Below are positions 25,160 to 37,540 of a DNA stretch of 64,000 nt, piece after piece. Source of the DNA: Pecten maximus. Lineage: Eukaryota. Location: assembly GCF_902652985.1 (NCBI RefSeq), contig NC_047024.1:25110001-25174000 (forward strand), given 5' to 3'. The position numbers and the translations under genes were made by a program. Under the pieces are notes generated by a model. That model did not search any database and was not told the DNA's origin. It worked only from the letters and a program-made list of their open reading frames with translations. Each line of letters begins with the position of its first letter. Position 1 is the stretch's first letter.

Positions 25160-28100
25160 TCAGTCCATAGGGTGATTAGCTACATTGTCACCTCTATGTT
25201 GATGTTCACCGATCGTCCAACGTGTCTCCTTCATCTCGCTATTTGTCGTTAGAATCAAAATTCTCCAAAATGGAATAAAGTTGGTGTCATTGTCGTCGAA
25301 TTCCATCAAACGAAAAACCTGAGCTGCAACGTTACCATCGGTACTCACTTCGATGTTATCTGCGGTCACGATGAGTCTTTCTGTAGCCGATAGTTTAACG
25401 ATACATCGCAATCTTGATCCGGCTCGAACAGCTTTTGCTAAATCAAGCTTCGATCCTTCAATAGCAGATCCACTTGTACCAGTACCAAGAACTAGACGCC
25501 ATTGTCTTGTGTCAACAAACCACTGAGCAGCCGTGGTCGATTTATCATACCCCGCCTTCAGGGAGGTACCACGATGGTAGAGGTCTGTAAATATATCTCC
25601 ATTTGTCGATATTCTGACCAGTTTAGATATGACATTGCCTACATTCTGTTGAGTTTCTGTCGATGATACAACCTGGCTCAGTAGCTGAGCAGTGACAATA
25701 CCGTTGTTAATGGCAATGTTATCTGCATTCATTACATAACTGTCAAATACAATTCGAATCCTCCTGCCTTGGTTTAACATGTCCATTAGTTCTTGTTTGG
25801 AACCAAGAGTTTCATCGCCATTCTTTCCGTGGGAAAAGCTATGAGTCCAACAATAGTCTGCAAACCAATTATTGTCGCATGTATTTGCAAACGATTGTGT
25901 CAAGATTGTACCAGCTCCGATGGACGGACGAGAAACTTCTTTGGAACCAAATGATGATTTCAATACCACAAACCAGTAGAAAGGACTTGTATACCATTGG
26001 CTAAAATCGGAGAGTCCCAGCAATGACCCAACTCTCCAAACAGTTTGAGACGCTATTCCGCAACTATCATCAATAAGTTCAATGCGATCAGCAGAATAGA
26101 TATAATTTGATGTTCCACTTCGGTTTTCCAACATTCTAATGCCCGCGCCCTCCTCTGCAGCCTTGAAAAGGTCATACAGGCTACCACAGGTCGAAGATCC
26201 GTTGGCATGGTTACAGTACACAGGGTTCACCTGCGAGTCTGTTTGCATCAATCGTCTGTATGATATTTGAATATAATTGTAAGTACAATATAACATTGAC
26301 CGATATCCAGTTCTCTAAACTTTGAATATAAATTGCTGACAGTCTTTCGCTATCTACCCTAATATCTAATTTGAAATTATACGTACTGTTGTATATGTAA
26401 TTATATACTTACAGATAAGTTTTTATATGAAAATACCGACCGCTCCTAAAATGCCATAACGGAACACATTAAAGCAGGAATTATCAGAAAATGTGAGATC
26501 AACAAATATAAATACCTTTGCCATAGGCATACGTACCTGGTAAACCAAATGGAATGCTTGCCTATTGGCAATGTAGATGATGGATTTTCTGATTTGCCAA
26601 GGTAGACCTTGCCAAAATGTACAAGCCCATGATCGCACACCTTGACAAATTTCCAGTACATGTTTGACACAAAAGTGCCCCAGCTGCTCTTTGATAGAAC
26701 AAAAAGAGAAGCTGCACAGACGACGCCATCTTTAATCATAATGTCGTCAACCTCTAAGTAAACATCAGGTGGCAGGTGTATCCTCATGTCATCGCCTCTT
26801 ATCGCGGCAGACAGCACATCAGCTCTGCTACCGTTAAGGACACTGCCGTCTGCGTCCACCTCGAACAATATTTCCCATGTTTCACTGCAGTTGGCTTTAA
26901 CAAAAATGTTTCGCAGGTTTACAACAATATAAGATGCATTGATAAGCATTAAACAACAAAATTACGTAACATATTGTTTCCAATTTCGACCAAAATTGGA
27001 CAGAATTAAGAATTGATGAATGCTGAAAATGCACTATAGACCCTTTAGTGGTCTTTTAAGCACGTTTAGTCAGAATTTAATTTAAATAGCTTATAAGCTG
27101 AATTGATGCTGAAAATGTACACAGTGACCCCACCCCTTACTCATCAGGCCTCCATGTTCATGGAAGTTTCTTGGTCATTATTTTAAAATATTTGCGACCA
27201 AAAGATATGAGACGTAAAAATAGGTCAATGTGACCTACCTTTTCAGTTTTTCAGTTTTTGACATTTCTAAATCCGATACCTACTTACCAAAAACTACATA
27301 AATTAGGGGACTATGGGTCTAATAATGACATCTAGTGATGTTTGACTTCCTTCAGTTTTGAAAAAAAAAAACACCCACACAAATACGTAAATAAATAAGT
27401 GAATAAATAAAATGAAATGAAATAATAAAAAATACCAAATCTCAACGCAATCCAATGGGATGTCTAAGTTCAAGAGCCCTTGTCTGGAAAAATATCATTC
27501 TCCTTCACCCACTGAAGTGTCTTTAACAGACCAAGGGGCTGAGGCAATATGCCACCCTCAACCCAATCTGATACCTGTGTGGGCACCAAGAGTGCCATTA
27601 CTTTATCTGTATATAAAATATGTCGTTAATCCTAAGGTGATTCGCTACACAGAGAGTCTTTAATCTGTTGTTGATACAGCAGCACAGGTTACGGTAGTTA
27701 GCTTGGACTTATTCAACTCACTGGAGACTAACACGATTTGAAAATGTCGATAAAGATGATGATGATATTTGATATTTATGAGATTGATAGTGTTGCAGCA
27801 TGATGATGATGATAATGGTTATGATTGTCATGATTGGGATAATGATTTTTGATATTTATCAGATTGAGAGTGTTGCAGCATGATGATGATAATGATTATT
27901 ATTATTGTCATGATTGAGATAATGACATTTGATATTTATGAGATTGATAGTATTACAGTTTGATGATGATGATTATGATGATGATGGTGATGGTGATGAT
28001 GATGATGATGATGGTTGTCAATTGGGATAATGATATTTGATATTTATTAGATGGACGGTGTTGCAGCATGATGATGATGATGATGACGACGATTGGATAA

Positions 28101-31100
28101 TAATCATGATGACGATGATTAGGACAATTGCCCAAGATGATGCCTTGTTGGTGTGTGTAGGCGTGTGCGTGTGTGTTTGTGTGTGTTATTTATCTGTCTT
28201 TTGATGATATAAGAAAAGGCAAAACTAAAAAAGATAAAAAAAAAAAGGGGGTTTCAACATGTAGAAATTCTTCAAGTTTGCGTAAGCTGAATTAGTGGGT
28301 AAGCCAAAGAGTGACAAAGATGTACAGCCCTATAGGGACATGGATGGTCTCCTTGCTGCGGCCACCTTAAAGACTGATACCCTGTACTGATGACATGTTT
28401 GTTAAACTATGTAATCCTTCATTACTTGAAGTTGTGGATAAAGCTTACGGGAATCAAAGTGAATGTGAAAGAAATCCCACACCCCGACACCGGTATTGCT
28501 TTCATTTTGGATACAGATACCTCAAATGTGTCGTTTTGTACAAAGCTATCCCAGTTGCAAGGGGACAGACCTGTGTGGTTAGCTATGCGAATAAGGTGTT
28601 AACGCCCGTTCAAAGGAAGTATTGCACTACTCGCAAGGAGCTGCTTGCCATCTTCATATTTACACGCCACTTCAGACAGTAACTGCTTGGGAGAAGATTC
28701 ATTTTGCGCACGAACCACAAAAGTCTAATATAGATTCTTGATATCGGAATATCAAAGGTCAGTTAGCTTGTTGGTTCGAAGAACGTTCCTCGTACGATTA
28801 CCGTCATCAAAAATAGGTCTGGAAGGTGACCATCAAAATGCAAATCCATTGTCTCGCGTTCCGGGCAGGCTTGAAGAATGTCTCCATTACAGGAAGTCTG
28901 TTCCTTTGTAGTACATGTCATGAGGAGGCCCCCGAGAATAAGGCGAGACCTTTGAAGAGGAAATAGATCTGCTAAGGTACCTTCTGCAGGAAACATACTT
29001 TGACAGGAAGGTCTTTCGACGGGGGATCTTCTACAGAGGTAAGTCCTTCATAGCGGACATGACCAAAGGATGCCGGGCCATCTTGGTCAGGCGAAGACGC
29101 TTGAGCAGGTACAAAGGAGTGCTATTTGGTACGGTATGATATCAGATTACAAACGTTACATCGACATATGTGATATGTGAAGTATGCAACTTCCAGTCTA
29201 TGGAAAGAGATATACTGGGTTCATTATCAGTTACAGAGCAATGAAACAAATAATTATGTGTTGATTGTGGTTGTCTAGTTTACAGAGTGGGTCAATTTTA
29301 TGGTTATGTTTAAACTCATTAAGCGTTTACTGTTGATCTAAAGGATTTCTAATATCCTAAAATGAATGCTAGAAACATTTCTATTTTGACAATCTTCTTG
29401 GTTCGACTTGACGTTATCTCCATTAGATGTAAACAATTTATAATAAGTAATTATGGCTTATACATCGACTATAATAATGAGTCAGTTGGTTGGCCATTTT
29501 TCTGATGACAAAATATTTCCGTTTTTATATACAATTTGAGGATGGATGAGCTGTTTAAAGTAGGGAGAAGTGAATCTTGTGTTACTCGTCTACTCGGGCG
29601 TGACGGTGGCGAAACCTGTATTTTAAGGTATGTTATAATCTGAATAAACAAACAACATTAAAAAACAAACAAGAAGAAGAAAAAAAAGTCCTGGACGTTT
29701 TAAGGGATAAAAAGACCATGCTTACATTGCTTATTCTCTAGAGGAGACCCTTCACGGATATAGACGTCCTCTGTAGACGTTATATTGCTGGCTAGTTTAC
29801 ATTCACCACTTGTTCGGTTAAATGTTACAAGCATTTCGCCAACGGGCTGCAATAAAGCGAGGCACTGTATCGTACTCTCAACGGTCGTGACGTCACGGAT
29901 AATCGTTCTACTTCTCTCCTCTTGGTGACAGCTTCCGGAACCACCTGTCTGGTTGACTCTTCCTAAAAGCCATTGTCGCTCCATCTTGAGAGAAGCGCAT
30001 GTTCCTTAATATGAAAAAGGAAGTATTTTGTTTCAGTTAGTGATCAGGTATGGCCATAATTTAGCCTACTCAAATACAAAATAGTGTTTCTTAAATCAGA
30101 ACTACTAATAACCATCTAATCACGAAAGTCTGAGTCAAAATTTACAAAATATGTTTCGTGCGTCATTGCTGACGTTAGTGTTAAAAGATGAGTGGACGTT
30201 TATAAAGCATCATCAGCAGGCAAATCTTGAAAAGTATAGAAATGCTATTTGCATATGCTACAGCGTCGATAGCTTATACACTCCTTTCACAAAAATGAAT
30301 GCATAAAATGGCACCCATGATAAAGAAATATATCTTATATAACGCTAACAAATGAAGTATTTGAGCAAACTTTACATAAATATAGAGGCGGAGTACGAAA
30401 GATGGTTTACATTGAATTGAAATAAATAAATAAATAAATAAGACAGAAGCTCAATCTTTTGGAGGGCGGTAACAGCGACATTTTTTTTTTTAAATGTTTG
30501 CATTCTATAAAACTTTTCAAACGGGTCATAATTAATCTTTTGTGGCGGCATAGCATCTTTAGTTTGTTATGTTCAAAAGCCTTCGATAATTAATCAAAGA
30601 TTTGTGGCTATTTCATTTTTAGAAGATTATGAACACATCAAAATTCAACTTTTTACCTCACGTTTTTGATGGCATTCTGTATTATTTATACGGCCGTACT
30701 AAACCTGTTTTGGTACACCAAATTTCCAGCTAAATGTTCTCTTACCCTAGAAAAATGTATTCACATTTACCGATGTGAAGTTTCCTTATTTCACCCCAAG
30801 GTTGAAACAGGAGATTTCAAGTCCATAATTGTATGACGTCACCGCAACAATAAAATGACTTCAAAATAATACGTCAAACGGCATGTAAACAGTGTCGGAC
30901 ATTGATGTAACGTCAATATCAGATATGCCATTAGATATTTAGGACAAACATTGGAAGAGAAAAATAAACATTCACTGTCTTTTGTGAAGGAAAAGGTGAT
31001 CTCAGCATTTGGGTAAGGCAGTCAAGCTGCAGTATTCCTCTTGGGATTAAGATCCATTGTCTTACCCCTAAAGAGTGTACTAGTCTTTATCATTGCAATG

Positions 31101-31359
31101 AAAAGCAGGCTAACCAAGATTAAACTTAAAACCACCCTTATTTGTTAAAAACCAAACGTTTAGTTTGTCCAAATCAGGTTTTATTTTCAGAACATATCCC
31201 AAGAAAATATTATCTTATCCCTTGTGTCATTGATTGTCAGTTGGGCCTAATACTGTAATGAAGACGAAACTTACCTGAAAATAATATTATCAGAATAACA
31301 TCCATTCCTACTACACAAATGTTAAAATTGGGCATTATATCATTCCTTTGGTAGCTCAT
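25160..31359 (-). CDS. Secreted protein (~605 aa): signal peptide + degenerate PAN/apple-like module + four tandem ~120-aa uncharacterised domains
   Basis: Exons 31359-31275 (MSYQRNDIMPNFNICVVGMDVILIILFS, phase 1), 30004-29726 (phase 1-1), 26894-26537 (phase 1-2) and 26255-25160. All junctions are GT/AG and phase-compatible (1818 nt). The exon 2/exon 3 link is supported by their adjacency in the 36 kb paralog. TGG>TGA at 25162-25160 removes the final WYVD. Confidence 0.8.
27520..29185 (+). mobile_element. Decayed Ty3/Gypsy LTR-retrotransposon pol relic (protease, RNase H, integrase zinc finger) in intron 2 of the secreted gene
   Basis: VVDTAAQVTVVS protease motif (~27667); FILDTDTSN...VVSYANKVLTPVQRKYCTTRKELLAI...HFRQ*LLGRRFILRT (28500-28720); PGHLGQAKTLEQVQRSAIWYGM...YIDICDM (29070-29180). 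Frameshifts and stops throughout. Confidence 0.9.
27750..28145. repeat. (GAT)n microsatellite-derived repeat with recurring TTTGATATTTATGAGATTGATAGTGTTGCAGC core
   Basis: About four copies of the core separated by GAT runs, followed by a (GT)n tract. Confidence 0.85.
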
Positions 31360-32554
31360 CTTCACAGTAGGTTGTCGATGGTCGCCGGTACTGTCGAACG
31401 CACCTGTCATAGTTAAAGTACACATACCTTTATTCGCTGATTAGTCTATCGTTTGAGGCGCCAGATTGAAATCGATAACAGTGGTTATTTTAATTGAACT
31501 AGGAGGTAATAGCGAAACAGTTAATGGAAGTTAATATTGCTCTCCTTTTCGATTCAATTTGTTGGTTTTTAGGTTCACATAGACATCCAGAGGAAACAAT
31601 TTTTTGCTGGGATATAAGTAAACAAAAATTGCTATTTGATTTTTCATATGGTAGGCTTCAGCATTCTGAACTGGTTATCAGTTACTTTTCTGTACTGGAT
31701 CTAGAAATACAAGAATGGTCTCTAGTTTAAATGTCGTTAAAGTGCACTTTGATCTGAGACAAGGATATCAAAAACAGTCGAAGTCGATACGCATAATTCA
31801 TTACTCGTCGCCGTAAAATTGAAACCGATGAATTTCTCCGCTAGCTGTTTCAGTTCATTTAACATTTGTGGATCGCTTCACATGCAAACATGTAACTGCA
31901 CTTAGAGTTTCTACAATTTATGCCTTAATTTGCGTTGTATTAGCATAAGAATGTATTTAAGTTTTTACAGATATCGTATTTATTTCAGGATGTTTATATG
32001 TGTACAAGGTGGAACATAAACGTATACAAACAATTTTGGTCAAAATGAAGTCCTGAATCGACTTACACTGAACAGACTACCCCTGGAAAATGATATTGAG
32101 TTCTTTATATAATGATTTGATAAGTAAAAAATATATCTTTTAATCCATCATACAATATAGTTGCTATTAACTTGTCTGTTTTGTTATTGTAATCCTAAAA
32201 ACGAGATATTTAAACCATTCACCGAAAGGACTATCCCTTCATATGTCTTCTATACTGTATAGAAATAAAGACATTTTTAAATCATGCACTGAATATAATA
32301 TCACCAATTACAACCAAGTCTAAAGATCAGGAAACGTGAGTCAGTACAGAGTTCTTAAAATATCAAACATAAACTTGGAATTCTTAACAACTTACGTTAT
32401 TCATTCGAAATCGATCCCAATAGTATATCTTTTCTTTAATGATTCTCAACCGCTACACCGACAATCTCCAGATATTCTAAATCGCTAACATATTCTTTAA
32501 AAATTCAATCTCATTACACCACATATGCCACAGAGATTCAAAACCGTTACATCA

Positions 32555-33560
32555 CTTATTCTCTATAGATTCTAAACCATTTGCAGTTCATATTCTCTAG
32601 AGACTCTATACCATTGACCCCTGCTATTCTTTAGATATTCTAATCATTAACACTTCACATTCTCTAGAGATTCTAAACCATGCCCCCCTTCTATTCTATC
32701 GAGATTATTAATTATTAACCTCTCCTCTTCTACAGAGATTCTAAACCATTAACAGTTCATATTCTCTAGAGATTATATACCATTAACCCCTACTATTCTC
32801 TAGAGATACTAATCATTAACACTTCATATTTTCTACAATAAATATTCTTAACCATCCCCCCTTCTATTCAATAAAGATTATAAACCATTAACCCTCCTCT
32901 TCTATAGAGATTCTAAATAATTAACAATTCATATTCTGTAGAGGTTCTATACCATTCCCCCTTCTATTCTATCAAGATTATAAACCATTAACCCTCCTCT
33001 TCTATAGAGATTCTAAATAATTAACAATTCATATTCTGTAGAGTTTCTATACCATTCCCCCTTCTATTCTATCAAGATTATAAACCATTAACCCTCCTCT
33101 TCTATAGAGATTCTAAACCATTAACAGTTCACATTCTCTAGAGATTCTAAACCATTAACAGTTCATAATCTCTAGAGATTCTAAACCATTAACAATTCAT
33201 ATTCTGTAGAGATTCTATACCATTTCCAATTCTATTCTCTAGAGATTCTAAACCATTAACAGTTTATTTTCTCTAGAGATTCTAAACCATTAACAATTCA
33301 TATTCTGTAGAGATTCTATACCATTCCCAATTCTATTCTATAGAGATTATAAACCATTAACAGTGCATATTCTCTAGAGACTCTATACCATTAACTCCTA
33401 CTATTCTCTAGAGATTCTAATCATTAACACTTCATATTCTCTAGATATTCTAAATCATTCTCCCTTCTATTGTATCGAGATTATTAACCATTAACCCTCC
33501 TCTTCTATAAAGATTATAAACCATTTACAGTTCATATTCTCTAGAATTTCCAAACGACTG
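32555..33560. repeat. 33-34 bp minisatellite with a 100 bp higher-order trimer
   Basis: Unit ATTCTCTAGAGATTCTAAACCATTAACAGTTCAT; near-identical blocks start at 32881, 32981 and 33081. Confidence 0.9.
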
Positions 33561-33999
33561 TTGCATCACTTATTGTATAGAAATTTTAAACCATCGCATT
33601 AACAATCGACATATTTCTTACTCATTACATTGTTTATAAACCCACCATGTTGGCTAAGGTATCGATATGTCAAAACGACCTTAACACTATCACCGTAACT
33701 AAACCGAGACGTCTACGGTAAGTATTGTTATCACGGGATGTATACGTAGATATGCGATGAAAATTAAAAAAAAAAACAAAAAAAACAAAACAAAAAAAAA
33801 CAAAAACAATAAAACAAAAAAACATATCAGTATATCTCGGTACACCGTGTCCATTGATATGTAATTTCAAGGTATTTCTTTTTGTATTGATAATCGGGCT
33901 ATCCCCGATGCTTTATATCCGTAACTATTGATCTAATGGTGTTAATAATCTAATACTTCTTTGATTACAGAACTGGAACAAACAATGCGTTTCGGTAGA

Positions 34000-34560
34000 T
34001 GTGATCGTGCATGACGTGTGTTTGATGGTATGTGACGTGTGCATATGGTCGTTTGTAACGTGTGTCTGATCGTACGTGACGGGTGCCAATGATCGTGTGT
34101 AATGTGTGTCTGATCGCACTTGACGTGTGCCTATGATCATACGTGACGATTGTCTGTGATTGTGTGTGTTGTGTGTCTGTGGTCGTGTGTCCGATCGTGT
34201 GTGACGTATGTCTGATCGTTTGTGGCGTGTGTCTGATAATTTTATAGCGTGTATTTGATCGCATGTTGTGTGTATTTTATCGTGTAGTTTGTGTCTGTGA
34301 TGGTATGGTGTGTGTTTGATTGTGTGGCGTGTGTCTTTGATTGTGTGTGACGTGTGCGTATGTGATCGTTTGTGGCTTGACTTTTGATCATATACAGTGT
34401 GTCGTTGGTCGTGCGGTGAATCTGTCATCGTTTGTGACGTGTGCTTGTGATCGTATGTATCGTGTGTCTGTGATCGTTTTGTGGTGTGGGATTTAATTGT
34501 ATAATGTGTGTGTGTGATCTTTTATTTCAGCCCGTTTTGTGATCGTTTGTCACGTGTTGG
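34000..34560. repeat. Degenerate ~21-23 bp TG-rich minisatellite
   Basis: Recurring TGATCGTGTGTGACGTGTGTC-like units. Confidence 0.8.
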
Positions 34561-35059
34561 TGAATATTTAATTACTCTAATATACATTTTCTGCGAATAT
34601 GTACGTATATGGTTTCGGGATTGATTGTTATAAATATATTATGAAATCCGCATAAACAGTTTAAACAAATACCGCATAAAACTTTCCACAGCCAATTTGG
34701 TGTCGACTTTTGATATTGTAATTTCTCTTCCTCTGGTATGTTTCTCATTGATCAATGAAATATTCACCGGAACAATATATAAGATCATGAACATTTAACC
34801 GCCAATCTAAATAATTGTATAAATGTTCTTGTTTGCTGCATGATTACAATTCGATCTTTTTCCATCGAATGGATTTATTTTAATTTCTTTTCATTTGCCG
34901 CTTATATTGTTTTATAAATGTTGAAACATTTTTTCATTGACTAAAATAGTTCTATTTTCAAAAACTAAAATATAAATTGCATGTATCATCACTGTCATCC
35001 TAATAAAAAAAGGATTACTTCTAGAGTCAACTGAACGATACTGACCTCGGTTCACTAAT

Positions 35060-35900
35060 ACGCTGACTGGAAGCTGGACACATACCTGAAGAACCTGACA
35101 TGAGGCTGCGGTCGACCTATTCGTCACTGGTACCTGTTGTCTTCCAGAAGAGTTCTCCAAGGCAGTCTAAAGCGCTACTGGGCAAGTTTCACGCCTATGG
35201 AAGAAGTTCATGCAGACATACATAGTTCATTTCCAGTAACATATCGAGAAAACAAGTATGTGTTGATGGTGATGAACCAGTTTGCGAGGTCGGTTGAGTG
35301 TTTCTCTTGCCGGATCAGATCCCGTAAACCGGGACGTTGACACTGGTCGATGGTGTTATCTCACCTTTTAGGAATATTTCTAAACTGATTAAAAGAAGAA
35401 CATAGATTGTAAGATCACGAGGAAGGTTTGCGATCTTTTAGTGATAGCCAAGACAAGGACAACACCATGTTATCCATCCAAGAATGGGCAGATTGAGAGG
35501 TACAATCGGACCAGTGTTCACGTTATACGATGTCACGCGGAGAATAGCAAAAGCGTACATTGGATGTACTTCCTCAGCAGCTGACTGCTGCCATGAAGGC
35601 GAGACACCTTCTCCAGACAGGTTTCACACCTTATCGGTTTATGCTTGGTAAGGAGTTCGTCAAGCCTCTTGATTTGATGGTTCGGATATCGACAATTACC
35701 ACTCCCAGCTCAATACCAGACGCTTTCGTTGAACAACGTGAAAACGGTAACAGAAACGCTCACACACTAGCCCAAAGCTGCTTGAAATCTACACAGGCCA
35801 AACAAAAAACGGGACTTGATGCATTCGATAGGAATCATTTTATGTCGGGGACATCGTGCTGAAGAAAGATTCCTCGACAAAAAAGCACGAAACGTCGTGT
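35060..35900 (+). mobile_element. Decayed Ty3/Gypsy integrase relic
   Basis: PMEEVHADI...ENKYVLMVMNQF, KTRTTPCYPSKNGQIERYNRT and QTGFTPYRFMLGKE match the rve core; disrupted frame. Confidence 0.9.
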
Positions 35901-36044
35901 CCCTTTGTAAGGACCTACGTTATCTCGAAAGCTCTGTCACCCACATTCTCGATCGATAGTTGATGTCGATAAAATATCTACAATCGAAATGCTTATTCAG
36001 AAGATATGTGTCCCGCGAATATAAACACTTTGCATTATCATTAC

Positions 36045-36774
36045 CTGTAAACGAAATGAAATGCATGCCTTTTCGTGGTGGGATAGACTGTTTTTCTGCT
36101 TCACAAAGCAGATCTAACTTGCTTAAATGTACAAGTCCATGATCGTACACTTTGACAAATTCCAAGTACATGCTTGGCGCAAAAGTGTCCTAGCTGCTCT
36201 TTGAAAGAACGAATATAAAAGACATACAAACGACGTCATTTTTTATAACGATCTCGTCAGTCACTTAGTAAACATCAGGTGGCCGGTGTATCCTCGTGTT
36301 GTCATCCATTAACGCAGCAGACAGCATGTCTGCTCTAGTACCATTTAGGACACTACCGCCTGCGTTCCCCTCGAACAGCTTTTTACGTATCATCACAGCG
36401 TCCTAGAAAAAAATGCAAAATATCTCGCTGTAGGAAATAAGTCTATACGTTTCCTTGTTTGGTTTTTTCACCTTAAAGCAGAAAGCTTCCTAATTAAATC
36501 AAAAGGATCAAGTTTCCGTTATTAGAAGTCGTTTTTGAGGCTGTGTCCTTAAAAACAAAACATGAAACATCCGCTTGCTCGGTTAAATGTTATAAACATT
36601 CCGCCAACGGACTGCACAGAGGCCATACACTGTATCGTGCTCTCGACGGTCGTCGTGAGGTGACGATATGAATTAGCTTCCGATCCTTCTCTTCTCGGCT
36701 ACAGGTTCCGGAACTGGTCTAGCGGACTCTTCCCAAATGCCAATGTCGCTCCATCTTGAGAGAAGTGCATGGTT
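36045..36774 (-). pseudogene. Older paralog of the secreted four-repeat gene (exon 2 and exon 3 remnants)
   Basis: 36774-~36570 matches exon 2 (CTSLKMERHWHLGRVR*...TTVESTIQCMA). 36402-36045 matches exon 3 (LNGTRADMLSAAL...PPDVY*...LSKSS*...FVKVYDHGLVH) with several in-frame stops and a frameshift. Confidence 0.9.
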
Positions 36775-37369
36775 CTGAATAAGGAAAATTTTTGGTCAAG
36801 TACACTTCTCTGAGTGATAAGGTAAGGACATGAATAAAACTTCTCTCAAATACAAATAAATGTTTATCAGATTTGTGCTATACTAAGTTAATCGTTTACA
36901 GGAGTTATTTCCCTTCGATTGTAGATTATTGAAAGATAAAAAGGGTGCTATATTTGGATGCTGTGACAAGGTGTATTAAAAGGTTTCAAAAGATTGTGAG
37001 TCCATAATGTAAATTTGTCAGTGTTGTGTGATTTAAACAATGCAATGTAATATAATTGAGAATGTCAATTACCGCTGTCAGAAATTAGTCACCCCGGCGA
37101 TTGTCGCGATAAGCAATGTCATGTTGCGACAATTCATTTGGATTTTGGGTCGAGTTGACCTATTCATATGTAACGTGCTCGAGAGCCCATACGATATGCT
37201 GTATAACAGCAAAGGTTAGCTAATTTTCTGATGTTATTACATGATGTTTGTATCTAGAATATTGGTCATTGGAACTAAGTGATCTTTGCATCAGAATTCA
37301 TAATTTATCGAGTAGTATAGCTTATACTCTAATCGGGTCAAGCACCATTAGAATATTGTAAGTCGTAAC

Positions 37370-37540
37370 ATTATGTGTTACATTGTTAGTCTAATTAGTG
37401 ACATTATAAGTCAAGTTACATTGTTAGTCTAATTGACATTACATACCAAGTTACATTCTAAGTCAGGTTATATTGTAAATCAAGTCACATTGTGTAAATC
37501 AAGTTTCATTCTAAATCAAGTTACATTGTAAGTCAAGTCG
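37370..37540. repeat. Short ~17 bp tandem repeat
   Basis: Recurring CAAGTTACATTGTAAGT-like units. Confidence 0.7.

Larger units (their letters stand above)
16836..27510. repeat. Tandem segmental duplication, copy 3 of 3 (carries a 2.5 kb transposon insertion)
   Basis: Same unit plus the insertion at 18405-20926; homology ends at TCCTTCACCC|ACTGAAG (27510). Confidence 0.95.

Noticed and set aside
33925-34428. His/Thr-rich 167-aa ORF
   Set aside because: Translation of a TG-rich minisatellite.
27520-35900. One Gypsy element split by 6 kb of host sequence (PR-RH then IN, same strand)
   Set aside because: Both relics appear to include part of the integrase zinc-finger region (GHLG...C at ~29.1 kb; AGH... 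at ~35.07 kb) and no LTRs are visible. Two separate insertions is simpler, though not proven.
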